This document shows positions 1-12,019 of a DNA stretch of 45,711 bases, in pieces (positions within the stretch are counted from its first letter, which is position 1; every line of letters starts with the position of its first letter). This stretch comes from Catajapyx aquilonaris (Eukaryota), in NCBI GenBank assembly GCA_000934665.2, contig JYFJ02000128.1, positions 124,001 through 169,711 of the forward strand, in the 5' to 3' direction. The notes below the pieces were generated by a model. That model saw only the letters and a list, made by a program, of their open reading frames with translations. It searched no databases and was not told the origin of the DNA. A program made the translations under genes and the position numbers.

Positions 1-209
1 AACCATTTTAATAAAATAGAATTGCATCATGCAAATCAACACTTCCATTCGATAGGAATCGATAGCGCTAAAAGTGTAGATGATTTCACTTTGACGGACA
101 TTGAAGAGCATGACTTGTAAAACTGTTCGGGGATGTTCAAAGCTGCTATTACCGAACAATGTTGATCTGGCTAATTATTACAGGCGACAATTCGAGTAAT
201 TAAGCAAGG

Positions 210-331
210 TGGACACTATCTTATACGTCAACGCCGGGCAATCTACCTGCATATCTTATGAAGGAAAGTCGTAACTCATTAGGGTCACCCTCGTCGTTTG
301 AATAATTAAGTCTTTCTATATCGGTTTTCAA
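210..331 (+). mobile_element. Possible degenerate LINE ORF2 fragment
   Basis: Translates LSYTSTPGNLPAYLMKESRNSLGSP, then after a frameshift IIKSFYIGF; loosely like the GPDxIPxxxLKxxxxxLxxPLxxIFNxSxxxGxFP block upstream of LINE RT domains. Confidence 0.3.
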
Positions 332-3300
332 TTTGTGCCGTAAACAGTAATCCGGTGGTGATCCTGCCTTTCGGCAGCAATCCATGAATCTATCCAGATT
401 AGGTGAGGTTGAGGGAACTTTCACGATAAATTCATGAATGGTTTCAGAGTGAGATCAAATGCCGCTCCAATACACTGCACACTTTCATGTAAGAAATTGC
501 ATTAATTAATTCACACTGTATGACTATTGACATTATTACTGTATGAACGCTCTTGCCTTGACGAATTAAATTGCTGATAAATTGGTCTCACTAACACAGT
601 GCACAGTTTATGCCAGATTACGTACGTATGTGTACAAGTGATCATTAAACGTAATGCTAGATATTCCTGAATAATACAATCCGCAAGACTACCAATTTTA
701 AAATGCATCCATCTGTGTAATTTCACAATTATGCTCTTGTTACATACACTTATACAATAACCATTTCGTGTTGATTCTACAGATATATGCTACATTAATT
801 ATTGATGCATGTATCATAAATGGAATCGTTGATGTCATAAATTTCACTGAGCCTGTAACAATATTGACAGCTTAAGCCTGCATTCACACTAATTATTATT
901 CCAATTAACACAGTTTGGGTTATTATATGAAAGACAAATGAGGCAATACTGTAACACCACATCAACCTTGAACATTTCTCTTTGTACACATTGCATAACA
1001 AAAATAAACCAATAGAAGCATTAATATTGTAACTCCGGAAAAAAAATCATGCCAACTGTTAAAAACCTATTCATAGGTGAGCTAGAATCGCATATTATTG
1101 ATGGCTATCGGGGTTTTTCGAATTCAAGCTGATTGTGCCCGCCCATTCACTCAAACATTTTGTTTGTAAAAGCCATCGGATTTTAGCACCGAACATCCAC
1201 TGACCGGAAAAATACATTTCACAAATTACGAACATTTTATGCCCCCATTCCTAACTGCAATACGCGCATTTAATTATCAACCATGTTAGCCACGTTGCAA
1301 TGCTCGAAACAAAAATTCCAGCTCAAACAAAAAAAAAACCACTTACTTCACTCATCCATATGACACACATCATAAAATTGAACCGAGCAGACAGTCGAAA
1401 AGTACTAAAAATCTAGCTTTTGTGTAACTCCTGCACTGAAATCCTTGGCCCCAAAATTATGCCCAATTCCAGCCAGTCCGCCTGGATGATCATCCAGGAC
1501 TAACCAGATGACCAATTTATTACATGCCAATGGGGATAAAAAGGCCCTGTCGGAACTTGTGCATCCTCTCAAAGGGCCCTTGGCCGGATGAATGTTATTG
1601 ACGGGCGTGAAATCTATGCGAAAAGAGAGTCTAGAAACCTTGGGGCGTAGTCAATCTGATTTAACCCTTTCTGATACCAGAGCTATTAATTTGGAAGGGG
1701 GGCCGTGGAGCTTGCCAAGTGCCCACGAGTTCACGGACTTCAAAAGGAGAGTTGAAAGTCAAGACTTTTGATGTTACACAACTTTGATCTAGAATTGTGC
1801 TTGGCGAGAACCAAAATTACTTTTATGCGGGTGGGCCTCACGCACGTTTGGCGCCAAAAATAAAACACTTTTGCGGAACATCTTTACGAGTGTTGGACCA
1901 AGGTCGAAGTGACCGTAAAACCTACCCCATAAGCACAGGCACACAGGGTGGTTCGGGGGTATATTATTCCAAACTGCTGAAGTTACGTCAGCGGATCTCA
2001 TTACGGGAGGAATTGCTGGCTGCAGTGCTCAAAATACCTGCTCTCTATCAGTCGCTGCACATTTCGAGTGGGTTTCATTATGGAGTTGAAATATAACTCA
2101 CTCTTTAGTCTAGCAATCGACTTATATGTTTCTTATTAATTTACCTAGTTGTAGGGCCACTAGTCTCAATCAATTCGTAAAGAAGCGTTTATGTCGGTTT
2201 TATTGAACATTTATTTACTTATTGAGTGAAGTGCATTGTTGTAAAGTCAGCTGAAAAAATTGGGTACTATTATAAGTTGGGACAGCGCAATAAAACCACA
2301 GGGGTTTGACACTAAAGCTATGGGGTGTGATGTCACACAAAAGCCCAGCAATTTTAGGATTTAATGCTCCCTTCGAAAAATTGATTACATTAATCATAAT
2401 CAGCGGTGCAAAGAAGAGTCGTGTCTAATCCCACAGATTAACCACGCACAAATTCATAACAAGTACGCACACGTGTACTTGAAGAACATGGCCCACCTAC
2501 TGAGAACTGAATTACCTGGCGTTTTACTATACAGTATACTTCGGGTAGCAACTGTCGTAATCCTGGTATTTTTCTCCCTCAGAAACTCGACCCGTACTCC
2601 AATTAGGACTTAATAAACACCAGTCATTAAATTCACCAAATTGCCCTAATTAAAGCAAAATGAAGAGGGGGACAAGTGAGGCGTGACTCGGAAAGCGGAA
2701 GGGAATGGTCTCGACATGTTTCTTAATTACCAGCCGGAGTCTCGATCCATTTGTGAGGCCCCGCAGATTATGTTTTGCACTTCGGGGATTAGGTTTCCGA
2801 TTACACAGTTTGTTGGTCGCAAATATGGCTGCGCGCTACTGCAGCGACGCCAGGCGGTGGCTTGGGTGCGCTGAACCCGTTGCGCTGTGCTTCACCATGC
2901 AGCATCAAGCGCAGACTAAGGTCAAGAAAACAGGACTGTTTAGTCATGACCTATTATACCAAGATAGAGTGTCCAAAGCTCTTTACAAAGTGGGGAATAA
3001 ATTGTCCCAAATTGGAAGCGTTTACCATGTGAAGGCAGAAAACAGGATGCGCACGAAAGGCTCATTCTTGCCCTAACTAAGGGTGTAAGTTATGTGGACT
3101 TTTCCCCCTTAGGAAAGTGACACCCACTTCTCATGCTGCCTAAGTTCGGCACAGTTTTACAAATAAAATGCGATAGTCTTATTAAGATTGACTCAATGCC
3201 GCAATCGTGCATGGATGATGATGACCTTTTCCCTTAATCTCTGGTCACAAACGAAACAAACTCGACTTAACTGCACAAAAATGCGCAACTCCATGTAATG

Positions 3301-6156
3301 TTTCCTAACGACCTCCCATTCTTATTGCATGAATTAATCCGATTATCCACCTGATATACACCGTCAAATTACCCGTTTGAGTTCCTGAATGCAGGCCCTT
3401 TGCCACATTCCACGCGCTGGAAGTGCAATCAGCATGGAGCTTCCCTAATACCTCCAAATTCAGGCACTGAGAACATCATTAACATGGCAATTAGGAAGCT
3501 CATCACCCACCACCACCTAAAATTCAAAGCTTAAAGCTTCGGTGTTACAGTTGTTCACTGATAATCTCCCATTTAAAAAAAAGAGAGAGAGGTGATGAGA
3601 GCTGGAGTTGGTAACAATGTCGCGCGGATGGAAACCTCTTGAAGAGACGCGTTTTGAAAAGGGGTAAGCACATAGAAGACTTTGAGAAGAGGATGCTAGT
3701 GGCAGGCAGCACAGCATAAGTGATGGAGAAGGGCTTAGGGTGCGAATGGGAGAGGGGGATTTTGAGGCAGACTGATGAGAAACGTGAGACGGGTGGGAAC
3801 GAACGTGTTTCCAAACTGATGAGGAAGAAGTGGGCTTTACTAGGCGATGCTGATGGGCAACGGTGTCTGGAAAATGGCGGCACCTGGACCCAGGCATCCA
3901 GCCATCGGGGTATTTCGAGGGTGGGGCACCACTTATGCAATGGATTTGTCTGCGGGCATGAGAGGGTTAGGAGACGACCCGGAATTACCACGGGCTGCTT
4001 GTAACGACCACCCCTTCTCGTTGCCTTTCTCTTTGGCTTCTGCCCTCCTGCAGAAATGTTAAAAAATAAAAATAAAATAAAATGCGATTACTATACAAGA
4101 AAGTTGTGATAAACTGACGCAAAATTTCTAATTACACTAGAGTTTTCCAGCAAAACATCTACAACGCCCTCATTTCTATGACAAGTACTGTATGACTATT
4201 TTCAGAAGTGACTGCAACTCCGGCTTTAGTTATGAATGTTCCCCTATGCACTTTCATTTGCACAGCAAGAGATAAACAACTGCACTCTTGATTAGCATGA
4301 ATGCGACCATTCTCGCCATTTTGGCGACAAGGATATCACAGCATTATCCTATTACTGGGGTTGTCGTCGACGAATAAGGCACAAATTAACAAAGAAAACA
4401 ATAGGCCCTACAGAAATCAGAATCCAATATACTGTACGTTACAATAATTAACAACAATATCTTACATGATCCTTAAGAGAAGACATTCGATTATACATAC
4501 TTTGAATATCCTAACTTTGACAATATGGTACAAACAGGAAAACCATGCATCAAAATGAGTGTAAAAATCCATATGTAGGCCAAAATAGAATGATTGGGCA
4601 GTGGGGTCAGGTCGGAGCTGGAATAAAATCATTCTTGGCGGTCATAAATCGTGGTGAGGAGGGAGGAGTTGGCCAGTATCATACCTTATTGATGCAAGCA
4701 GAGCGAAACCAATCCTTCCTAAGAGCATGAAGACAGGAAGTGAAAGATATAAATTTGAAGGAAGGGGAGGGGGACTTTGAAGAAACCCAAGTGACGTGTA
4801 AAATATTGTGATTCATTATTTACTAACTCCCTTCCATCACCGCCCTTTTGGTCGTAACCAATGCAGCAAGGAACCTTCTGTAAAGTCCAAGACTAATGAT
4901 CCTGCGTGTCCTTGCGTAGCTTGCAAACTTCCCAAATAACCAGGACTCCACAACATCCCGAAATACCGGTGATGCATCCGCATGACAGCTATGCGAGTGT
5001 GTGTGGTTCCAAACGCCGAAAAGACGGCGACATGTACCATTCACTTAAATCCTACTGGTACTAAAGGAACCAACCACCCCGTCTTGCTGCAAAACCACTA
5101 CCAGCTTTCGACCCTGCTCCACTTCCCCAAATTAACGTCGTCGTAATGACCTTCCCAAAATATCATCCTTCTCATTTCAATGGATTCTGCTTCGTGTATG
5201 TTTTTAACCAGGCACCCAAACAACAGATGCTCCTTTCGCTAAATCTTTTATTGAGGTACAGCCTTTGCAAAATATGAATTTATTACAAGTACGACTATAT
5301 TTAGCAGGCTTAGTTGGTTCAAAATTAGCGCATTTCAAGCGTAGTGCGAATAATTTAATTACAGCTTCATACACTGTCTTTATATTTAATGTCCAGGTCG
5401 CAGCATTCCTGTGATTCGGGAGGGTTTGGATATTCATGTGAGCCAACGTGTGTGGTAGGAATTGCAAGTAAGTCCTATTTAAATCACCCCCAGTTGAGGT
5501 GGCTTTGGGAATACCCGATACTGAAAGCTGTTTTCCCGGGTTGATGCCACGGTGATTCTCCCACAGCTCATTGATTATTCGTGGATTCTTTCGAGACCTA
5601 TACCCTTTTCCACGAACCGCGTAATTCAAACCCCCCCTCAAAACTTCAAAGTCCCCATAATGACCCCTGTGTACCCAAACGCGTAACACAGCCAAACACG
5701 GTCATAACTTAATATTCACGTCTGAAATAAGTTTACTGCACCATATAACGCATGATTGTAATTCTATTTTTGAAAATAGCAGTTATACATATCGGTTATT
5801 TTCACTGTACATCAAACGTCATGATGTAATAGTGCAATTGTCATTTGCCTTGATCTAAATAATTGTAAATAGTAATTTGTGAGCTACTTGAGATTCTCAA
5901 GACCAACACAGATGGTAGCACTCCTCTGGTCTATCCAAAGGCTTGTACACCCGCATAACAGATGTCTCCTCCGCTTTTTGCCGCATGCCACCTGCAGCAA
6001 TACCGCATGCGATACAAATTAAACCGCTGCATTACCTCCCCCATCCAACAATTAACCATTGTGCTCTGACCAGCCACGCCCTGGAATAAACTTCCCCCCT
6101 CTCAAAGAATTGATTCATTCCCATCTTTATTCATCCCCATGTGCGGAAGGAGCCGC

Positions 6157-6166
6157 GGCCAATCAG
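6157..6166 (+). promoter_or_regulatory. CCAAT (NF-Y-type) box in putative FTCD promoter
   Basis: GGCCAATCAG matches the RRCCAATCAG consensus and lies about 255 bp upstream of the FTCD ATG in a CpG-containing stretch. Confidence 0.4.
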
Positions 6167-6418
6167 AAGCCCCGATTAAAAGAGCTCGAAGGTCAGAATG
6201 ACTTAAGAAACGGGAAGTGACTTAATGTTTTATCCTATTTTTTTTTTACATTGACTGTCCTCGACCCCAGCAGCATGTGATAGCGGTAGTTACATCTTCA
6301 CTGGAGGCCAGCTGCGCAACATAAGGTGTGCAGACAACCGCAGCAGGTGACATTGGAAGGATCCGTCCCCGACCGATACAACTGGTGCGTGTCGCAGTCT
6401 CAGCATCAGCACAGGACC

Positions 6419-6472
6419 ATGCAGAAGATTGTGGAGTGCGTTCCCAATTTTTCGGAGGGACGTGACGTCAAG
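6419..6472 (+). CDS. FTCD: FTCD coding exon 1 (MQKIVECVPNFSEGRDVK)
   Basis: accATG start; VECVPNFSEG is the N-terminal formiminotransferase signature; ends at AAG|GTGAGT donor, phase 0. Too short for the ORF track. Confidence 0.95.
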
Positions 6473-7047
6473 GTGAGTCACGGTTAGAAATATACTGGGA
6501 GAGAACAGGTGGACGTGACATGTGGGTTGCCGCATTAGCAGGATAAATGCCGGCGCAAAGTTTTACTGCAGTAAAATAACTTGTAAAAATACGGCAGTCG
6601 CAATCAGAGCTGGTTTCCCCAGGACAAATATGACAATAATCTTATATTTAAGGTATGTTATTCATAATTACTGCCAAAAATGTTAATCTGCGATTCTTGC
6701 ACCCAACTGGAGCAACAGGCTGTTCGAGTCTGCATTACAAAATAAAGTGAATGTCTCATGCCGGCAACAGTAATCAATATCAGCTACATGCCAGATTTTT
6801 AAAATGCGAAATGTGCATATCACAAAATTTACAAATGTCGCATCATGATTTACATTGCAAGCTAATCAATTCAGTATGACATTTCTAGTACACCTGTATC
6901 CCCTTCTGGCATGTCAATCTGTGTAATCCTATTTGCACTACTCCAAATCCCCTCTAATCAATATTAGACAGAAGCTTATCCTCATCTCTTTCAACACACT
7001 ATAGGTCACAGATCAAAGTCATTTCTTCTTTTTTCCTCCTGCAACAG

Positions 7048-7746
7048 GTCATAGAAGCCATCTCTGATGCCATACGCAACACCCCTGGGGTCAGCCTCCT
7101 GGATGTTGACCCTGGCCCGTCCACTAACCGAACTGTGTTCACCTTTGTTGGTTCACCTGATGCTGTAGTAGAAGGTGCCCTCAATGCTGCCCGAGTTGCT
7201 CATACCCTGATTGACATGAGCAAGCACAAGGGTGAGCACCCAAGGATGGGTGCACTTGATGTTTGTCCTTTCATACCGGTGCAAGGAGTGGAAGTGGAAG
7301 AGTGCATTTACTGTGCCAAGAAGTTTGGGTCCAGGTTGGCATCTGAACTGAAAGTACCAGCCTTTCTGTACGGCTTGGCATCTAATAAGGAGTACAGAAA
7401 AACAATGCCACAAATACGTTCTGGCGAGTATGAGGGGTTGCAGGCCAAACTGCAGGATCCCCAATGGGCACCAGATTTCGGTCCAGCTGAATTCGTGCCT
7501 CGATGGGGTGCAACTGTAACTGGTGTGAGGAAATTCCTGATTGCATACAACATCAACATGCTGGCAACTAAGGAGCAGGCACATAGAATAGCACTCATAC
7601 TGAGAGAGCAGGGTACATCACTGAAGCCAGGGAAACTGAAGTGCGTGCAGGGAATTGGGTGGTGGCTGGATGAAGCTAATCTAGCTCAAATCTCACTGAA
7701 TCTGACGGATCATGACGTTACTCCAATTCATGTTGCATTTGAAGAG
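7048..7746 (+). CDS. FTCD: FTCD coding exon 2 (formiminotransferase domain)
   Basis: Polypyrimidine tract plus CAG acceptor; translates [35 protein letters not shown]...[18 protein letters not shown]...[15 protein letters not shown]...HVAFEE; donor GAG|GTTGGT. Confidence 0.97.
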
Positions 7747-7832
7747 GTTGGTTTCACGAAGTATTTAGTAGGGAACCATGCTCCATTATTAATTTTCTAT
7801 TCGTAAGAGCATAATTGAAATTACTTTTTCAG

Positions 7833-8029
7833 GCTTGCAAGTACGCACGCCAGTTGAAACTGCCTGTCACTGGCTCGGAGGTAGTTGGCTTAGTTCCTTT
7901 GAAGGCAATTCTTCAGGCAGCTGAATTCTACATTCAGAAGGAAGAATTGTTTATAATGGAAGAGGAACAGAAAGTCCGTTTAGCCATTGACAGACTGGGT
8001 CTATGCTCCTTGCACAACTTTGATCCAAA
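7833..8029 (+). CDS. FTCD: FTCD coding exon 3
   Basis: ttttcag acceptor; [27 protein letters not shown]...[21 protein letters not shown] donor, phase 2. Confidence 0.95.
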
Positions 8030-8088
8030 GTATGTTGAGATTGACTAATATGTCAATATGACATTACTACGTACATCTCTATTTTCAG

Positions 8089-8227
8089 GGAGCGCATTAT
8101 TGAATATCGCTTGCCACCTAAAATAGGTCCATTGGCCAGCCTCACTGTGGAAAAATTTGTGCACACTGTTGGATCCAGGGCGCCAGCTCCTGGTGGTGGA
8201 TCTGTTGCTGCTGCAGTTGGCGCTTTG
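8089..8227 (+). CDS. FTCD: FTCD coding exon 4 (linker and start of cyclodeaminase domain)
   Basis: ttttcag acceptor completes the split Lys codon; ERIIEYRLPP...GSRAPAPGGGSVAAAVGAL contains the cyclodeaminase PGGGS motif; TTG|GTAAAT donor. Confidence 0.95.
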
Positions 8228-8289
8228 GTAAATGTCAGAACATAGCATGAGTATAAACCGTATATGTAACAATATTCACTATTGTACAG

Positions 8290-8451
8290 GGAGCTTCTCT
8301 AGGCACAATGGTAGGATTCATGACATATGGGAAAAAACAATGGGAAAGTCTGGATTCCAAAATGCGCCAACTTCTACCACCTATGTACACCTGCATGAAA
8401 GAATTGGTTCCCAGTATCGATGCTGATACAGATGCCTTCAACGACTACATG
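8290..8451 (+). CDS. FTCD: FTCD coding exon 5
   Basis: tacag acceptor; GASLGTMVGFMTYGKKQW...IDADTDAFNDYM; ATG|GTATGG donor. Confidence 0.95.
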
Positions 8452-8736
8452 GTATGGCAAAAGAAACACTTAAATTTCCTGACTGGCACCATTGCACCAA
8501 TACAGAACTCACCATAATAATTGACGAAGTCAATCGAAAGCCATTTTGTTCTACAAACTCAATTATGTGCTAAGTCCAGGGTAATCATCATGGAAAAAAA
8601 GTTTTGACACATGAAGAGCACAGAGAAAATGTGGGTGAAAGAAACACAAGTCACACAAAAGTGCTCAGAAAAATTTTGTCGTCTATTAAAATAATTCCTC
8701 AATTTCAGAATAACTCACCAAGCACATTCATTGCAG

Positions 8737-8919
8737 GTTGCTATGAAATTACCAAAAGATACACCACAGGAAATATCAGCCAGGGAAGCTGCACTTCAAG
8801 CTGGTTTGCGCAAAGCAATTTCTGTGCCTCTCAATCTAGCGCACAAAGTGAATACCTTATGGCCCACACTGGTGGAACTGGCAAAAGTTAGCAACATTGG
8901 GACCAAATCTGACTTACAG
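8737..8919 (+). CDS. FTCD: FTCD coding exon 6
   Basis: ttgcag acceptor; [12 protein letters not shown]...VPLNLA...NIGTKSDLQ; followed by a GC donor (CAG|GCAAGA). Confidence 0.92.
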
Positions 8920-8979
8920 GCAAGATAGTTTAGCCAAGTAATTGAATAAGATATTCTACATAATAACGTATCCTTGCAG

Positions 8980-9162
8980 GTGGGGGCTAGATGCCTGGAA
9001 ACAAGTGTTTGGGGAGCATACTATAATGTGACAATCAATCTGAAGGACATCAAGGATGCAGCATATAAGGAAAAGATAACTGCAGAGGCCAACGAAGCAG
9101 TACAAATTGCCCAAAAAGGATGCACGGAAGTGCTGAGTATCCTAGACAATCGATCAGAATGA
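8980..9162 (+). CDS. FTCD: FTCD coding exon 7 (C-terminus)
   Basis: ccttgcag acceptor; VGARCLETSVWGAYYNVTINLKDIKD...LDNRSE then TGA. Joined CDS is 1617 nt = 538 aa, close to vertebrate FTCD length. Confidence 0.95.
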   Translation: MGARCLETSVWGAYYNVTINLKDIKDAAYKEKITAEANEAVQIAQKGCTEVLSILDNRSE

Positions 9163-10927
9163 TATTTTAAAATTATGTGCCATATTTGTGCCTTAAAGCT
9201 GTGATCTCTGTGATAAAGTTGCCATATCATTCCATCTCTAGTAATGAATGTAGTGCTAAACTTTGTGGAAAGCAATAAGGTAGCTCTAATATCCACAATC
9301 CACTTACCTGAATTGTTTGAGATCTGCCATGGTAAGGGAATATCTAAGGGGTATTGCAAAGTTATTTCCATCCAGAGTAAACTTACAAAGAGCATTTACT
9401 TAAAACTGCCACAGTGTCTTACGCCCTTTCTAATTCATCACACAGGAAAAAAGTCTTTCACAAGAAAAGAAGTTCGTATCACAGCACAAAGAAAGGGGCT
9501 CAATATCAAAAAATAACAAAAAATATACAAATGTGATTTTCCAAGCAATATTAATTGTGGTGCCATCCATAGAACCAGTAACTCACGTTCACTAGAAAAA
9601 GTAACATTAGTCTGTGAGCAGAATAATACAATGTCATGTACTTGAATCAACTCATCTCTATGTTAACATAAAAATTGCATTACACTTGCAGCAGAAAGGC
9701 TTGTATCAACATAGCAAAATATTAAAACCTCTTTGCAAGCATTTTTTCATTGCTCCTTCCAAGACAGTCGAAGAATTTAAACATGTGCATGCTGTGATAA
9801 TTTTTAAAATGTTGATGTCTGCCTACCACACGTCATCCTTGAATTGGTGCCTCTTATGTTTTTTAAAATATCACTTTAATGCATGTTTCTTTCAGTAGCA
9901 TCAATTGTGATATGCATCAGCATCATGTACACTTTCTGTTGCCTTGCTGTGTTCTTGTTGCTGATTGAGATTGGGCCATAAAAATTATTGTCATGACTGA
10001 CAGAGTACTGAATATTCTAATGGCTAAGCAGAATACTAGCTTCTTTAGAGCATGATGCCTGAAAATTGTGACTGTTAAGTCATGTGTCTATATTATTTCA
10101 TAATACTGTGTCTTCTTGACAGTTCTTCTGAGATAATCCGTTGACATCTTGCCAGGTTACAATGTGCATGTAAGTTTTTCTGTGTAGTAAAATTTGTCTT
10201 AACCGAGGTTTTGGTTAATATCCTGTCCCCATCACCTTCGCTTGTCATTCTACGGACATGCCCAGGAAGAATTGCACTCCCTTCTCCGGCCAGGGCCAGG
10301 AGAGAAGGTAATTACTTGAAATCTACTCAGGACCTGCCTTCCCAAATGTCAGCAGATTACATAGTAAATAATAATAATGGTCCATGCTACACCTACACGG
10401 TCAAAGTACTACCCATTATTATTATTATTACTGAATGACAGTTTGGTCCCAGGAGAGGACTTCATGCAGATTTTCTTATATAAAGTAAGCCAATTTAATA
10501 CAGAAAATTTTAATGATTCCACTTCAGGCAGGTTTTACTGAACATGGACATGGCCTCAAGTTTTCAACGTTAAAATCAGGTAGTGCGAGTATGTCTACAT
10601 AACCCTTCTCTTGGATTATCATTATGGCAGCCTACATCTATTATGACCTTAGAATATCAACACATTTTCATTAGCAGCTTCCTTTCTGAGTTTGTGTGCT
10701 ACAGAGTTCTTGCATGGAACCACATTTCAAAGAAAATAAATGTCATTATATAATACCAGTAATTAAAAAATTGATGTAGCTGCAACAGTGCATTATAAAA
10801 AACTGTACATGTCACTGAACTTTGATTGTCTACAATTCACCATCCCATACCCAAGTGTTCAACACCACATGGCCTGTACTTTGTACCAATCACAACTGGG
10901 GAAAAAAAACAACTCACGCACCTTTTA

Positions 10928-11316
10928 TCAGAACTCGTCATGAAAGCTCCTTGCAGTGTCCACCATCTTGCTTCCAAGAAAGAGATCCATTTTGTTCCAC
11001 ACCTCAGTCAGAGAGAGCCGATCGTCATGATTAGTGTCGGCCAATGAAAACAAAGTGTCTGTTTCCTCCTTTGCATGTCTTGGATTTCTGGGGTTGATGT
11101 ACATGAGCAATTCCTTTCTGTCTACCTGCCCATCCCCATTGGCATCTATCACCTCTCGGAACTCCCTACCCCTCTCAGCAGCAGCTAGCTTGCGTTTCTG
11201 CTCCTTTTCTCGTTCACTCTCCTTGTTTATTTCTTCCTCGTTGTCAATGAAATTGTCATCTGACACTTCTGTATTGCTGAACTCCTCTTCTGTTAAAATC
11301 TCATCCCCATCTTCAT
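10928..11316 (-). CDS. SDF4: SDF4/Cab45 terminal coding exon
   Basis: ctcttccag acceptor; EF-hand loops DEDGDEILTEEE, DANGDGQVDRKE and DTNHDDRLSLTE; tail FLGSKMVDTARSFHDEF resembles the Cab45 tail FTGSKLVDYARSVHEEF. Joined CDS is 1125 nt = 374 aa. Confidence 0.95.
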
Positions 11317-11551
11317 CTGGAAGAGAGAAGCTAACTTAGAAAACTGTGCATAATATGGTTCAGGCCTAACTAGCCCTGGCTTCATGTAACTGATTTTAAA
11401 TTAGCATTCATTGATCCTCAGTAAAAAAAAAAATGGCAACTACACAGTGTGGAATCGTTAGATCTGTACCAGTTTGCTGCAGATATAAAAGCTAAGCATA
11501 ACCCTTATGAAAGGTACCCTGCACCATACAGTATGTAGCAATATTCCCTAC

Positions 11552-11818
11552 CAAACTTGTCAAGCAGTTCTTGAACCATGGTGAGCAACGTGCTGTGGCT
11601 GGATTCTGGGTGTCTAAATGCTAAAAATTCATCTATATTCAAGTGATCCGGGTCACTTCTGGCTGCTTCGGACCATGCTGCCTTGTCCCTCATGATGGTC
11701 TCCTTCATGTTGCGGCTCAGTTCCGAGTGCTTATCTTCCATATGGTTGTTCACATACGAGGCATCAAATCCTTTCTGATGCAGGAAGAAGGCATGGTATT
11801 CCTCCCACGATATTACAC
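11552..11818 (-). CDS. SDF4: SDF4/Cab45 coding exon 3
   Basis: ttgacag acceptor; GVISWEEYHAFFL...LNIDEFLAFRHPESSH (CREC-family FxxFxHPE motif)...LLDKF; G|GTAGGG donor. Confidence 0.95.
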
Positions 11819-11879
11819 CTGTCAAATCCATAAATTAACACTAAAAAATGATTCAAATACAAGCGAAATTCCAACCCAC

Positions 11880-12019
11880 CGTCTCTAGGCTGCTTGTCAA
11901 TATCTGTAAATATAAAATAATTCTCATGAAGTGCTTGATTCAGATGCTCTTGAATTTTGGCCCCAATCCACGAGGTCAGCTCATCTCGACTTAAATAATT
12001 ATCATTATCCGTATCAGCC
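11880..12019 (-). CDS. SDF4: SDF4/Cab45 coding exon 2
   Basis: tttcag acceptor; ADTDNDNYLSRDELTSWI (EF-hand loop)...FTDIDKQPRD; G|GTGGGT donor. Missing from the ORF track. Confidence 0.92.

Noticed and set aside
7153..7598. Minus-strand ORFs over FTCD exon 2
   Set aside because: Antisense shadows of a real coding exon.
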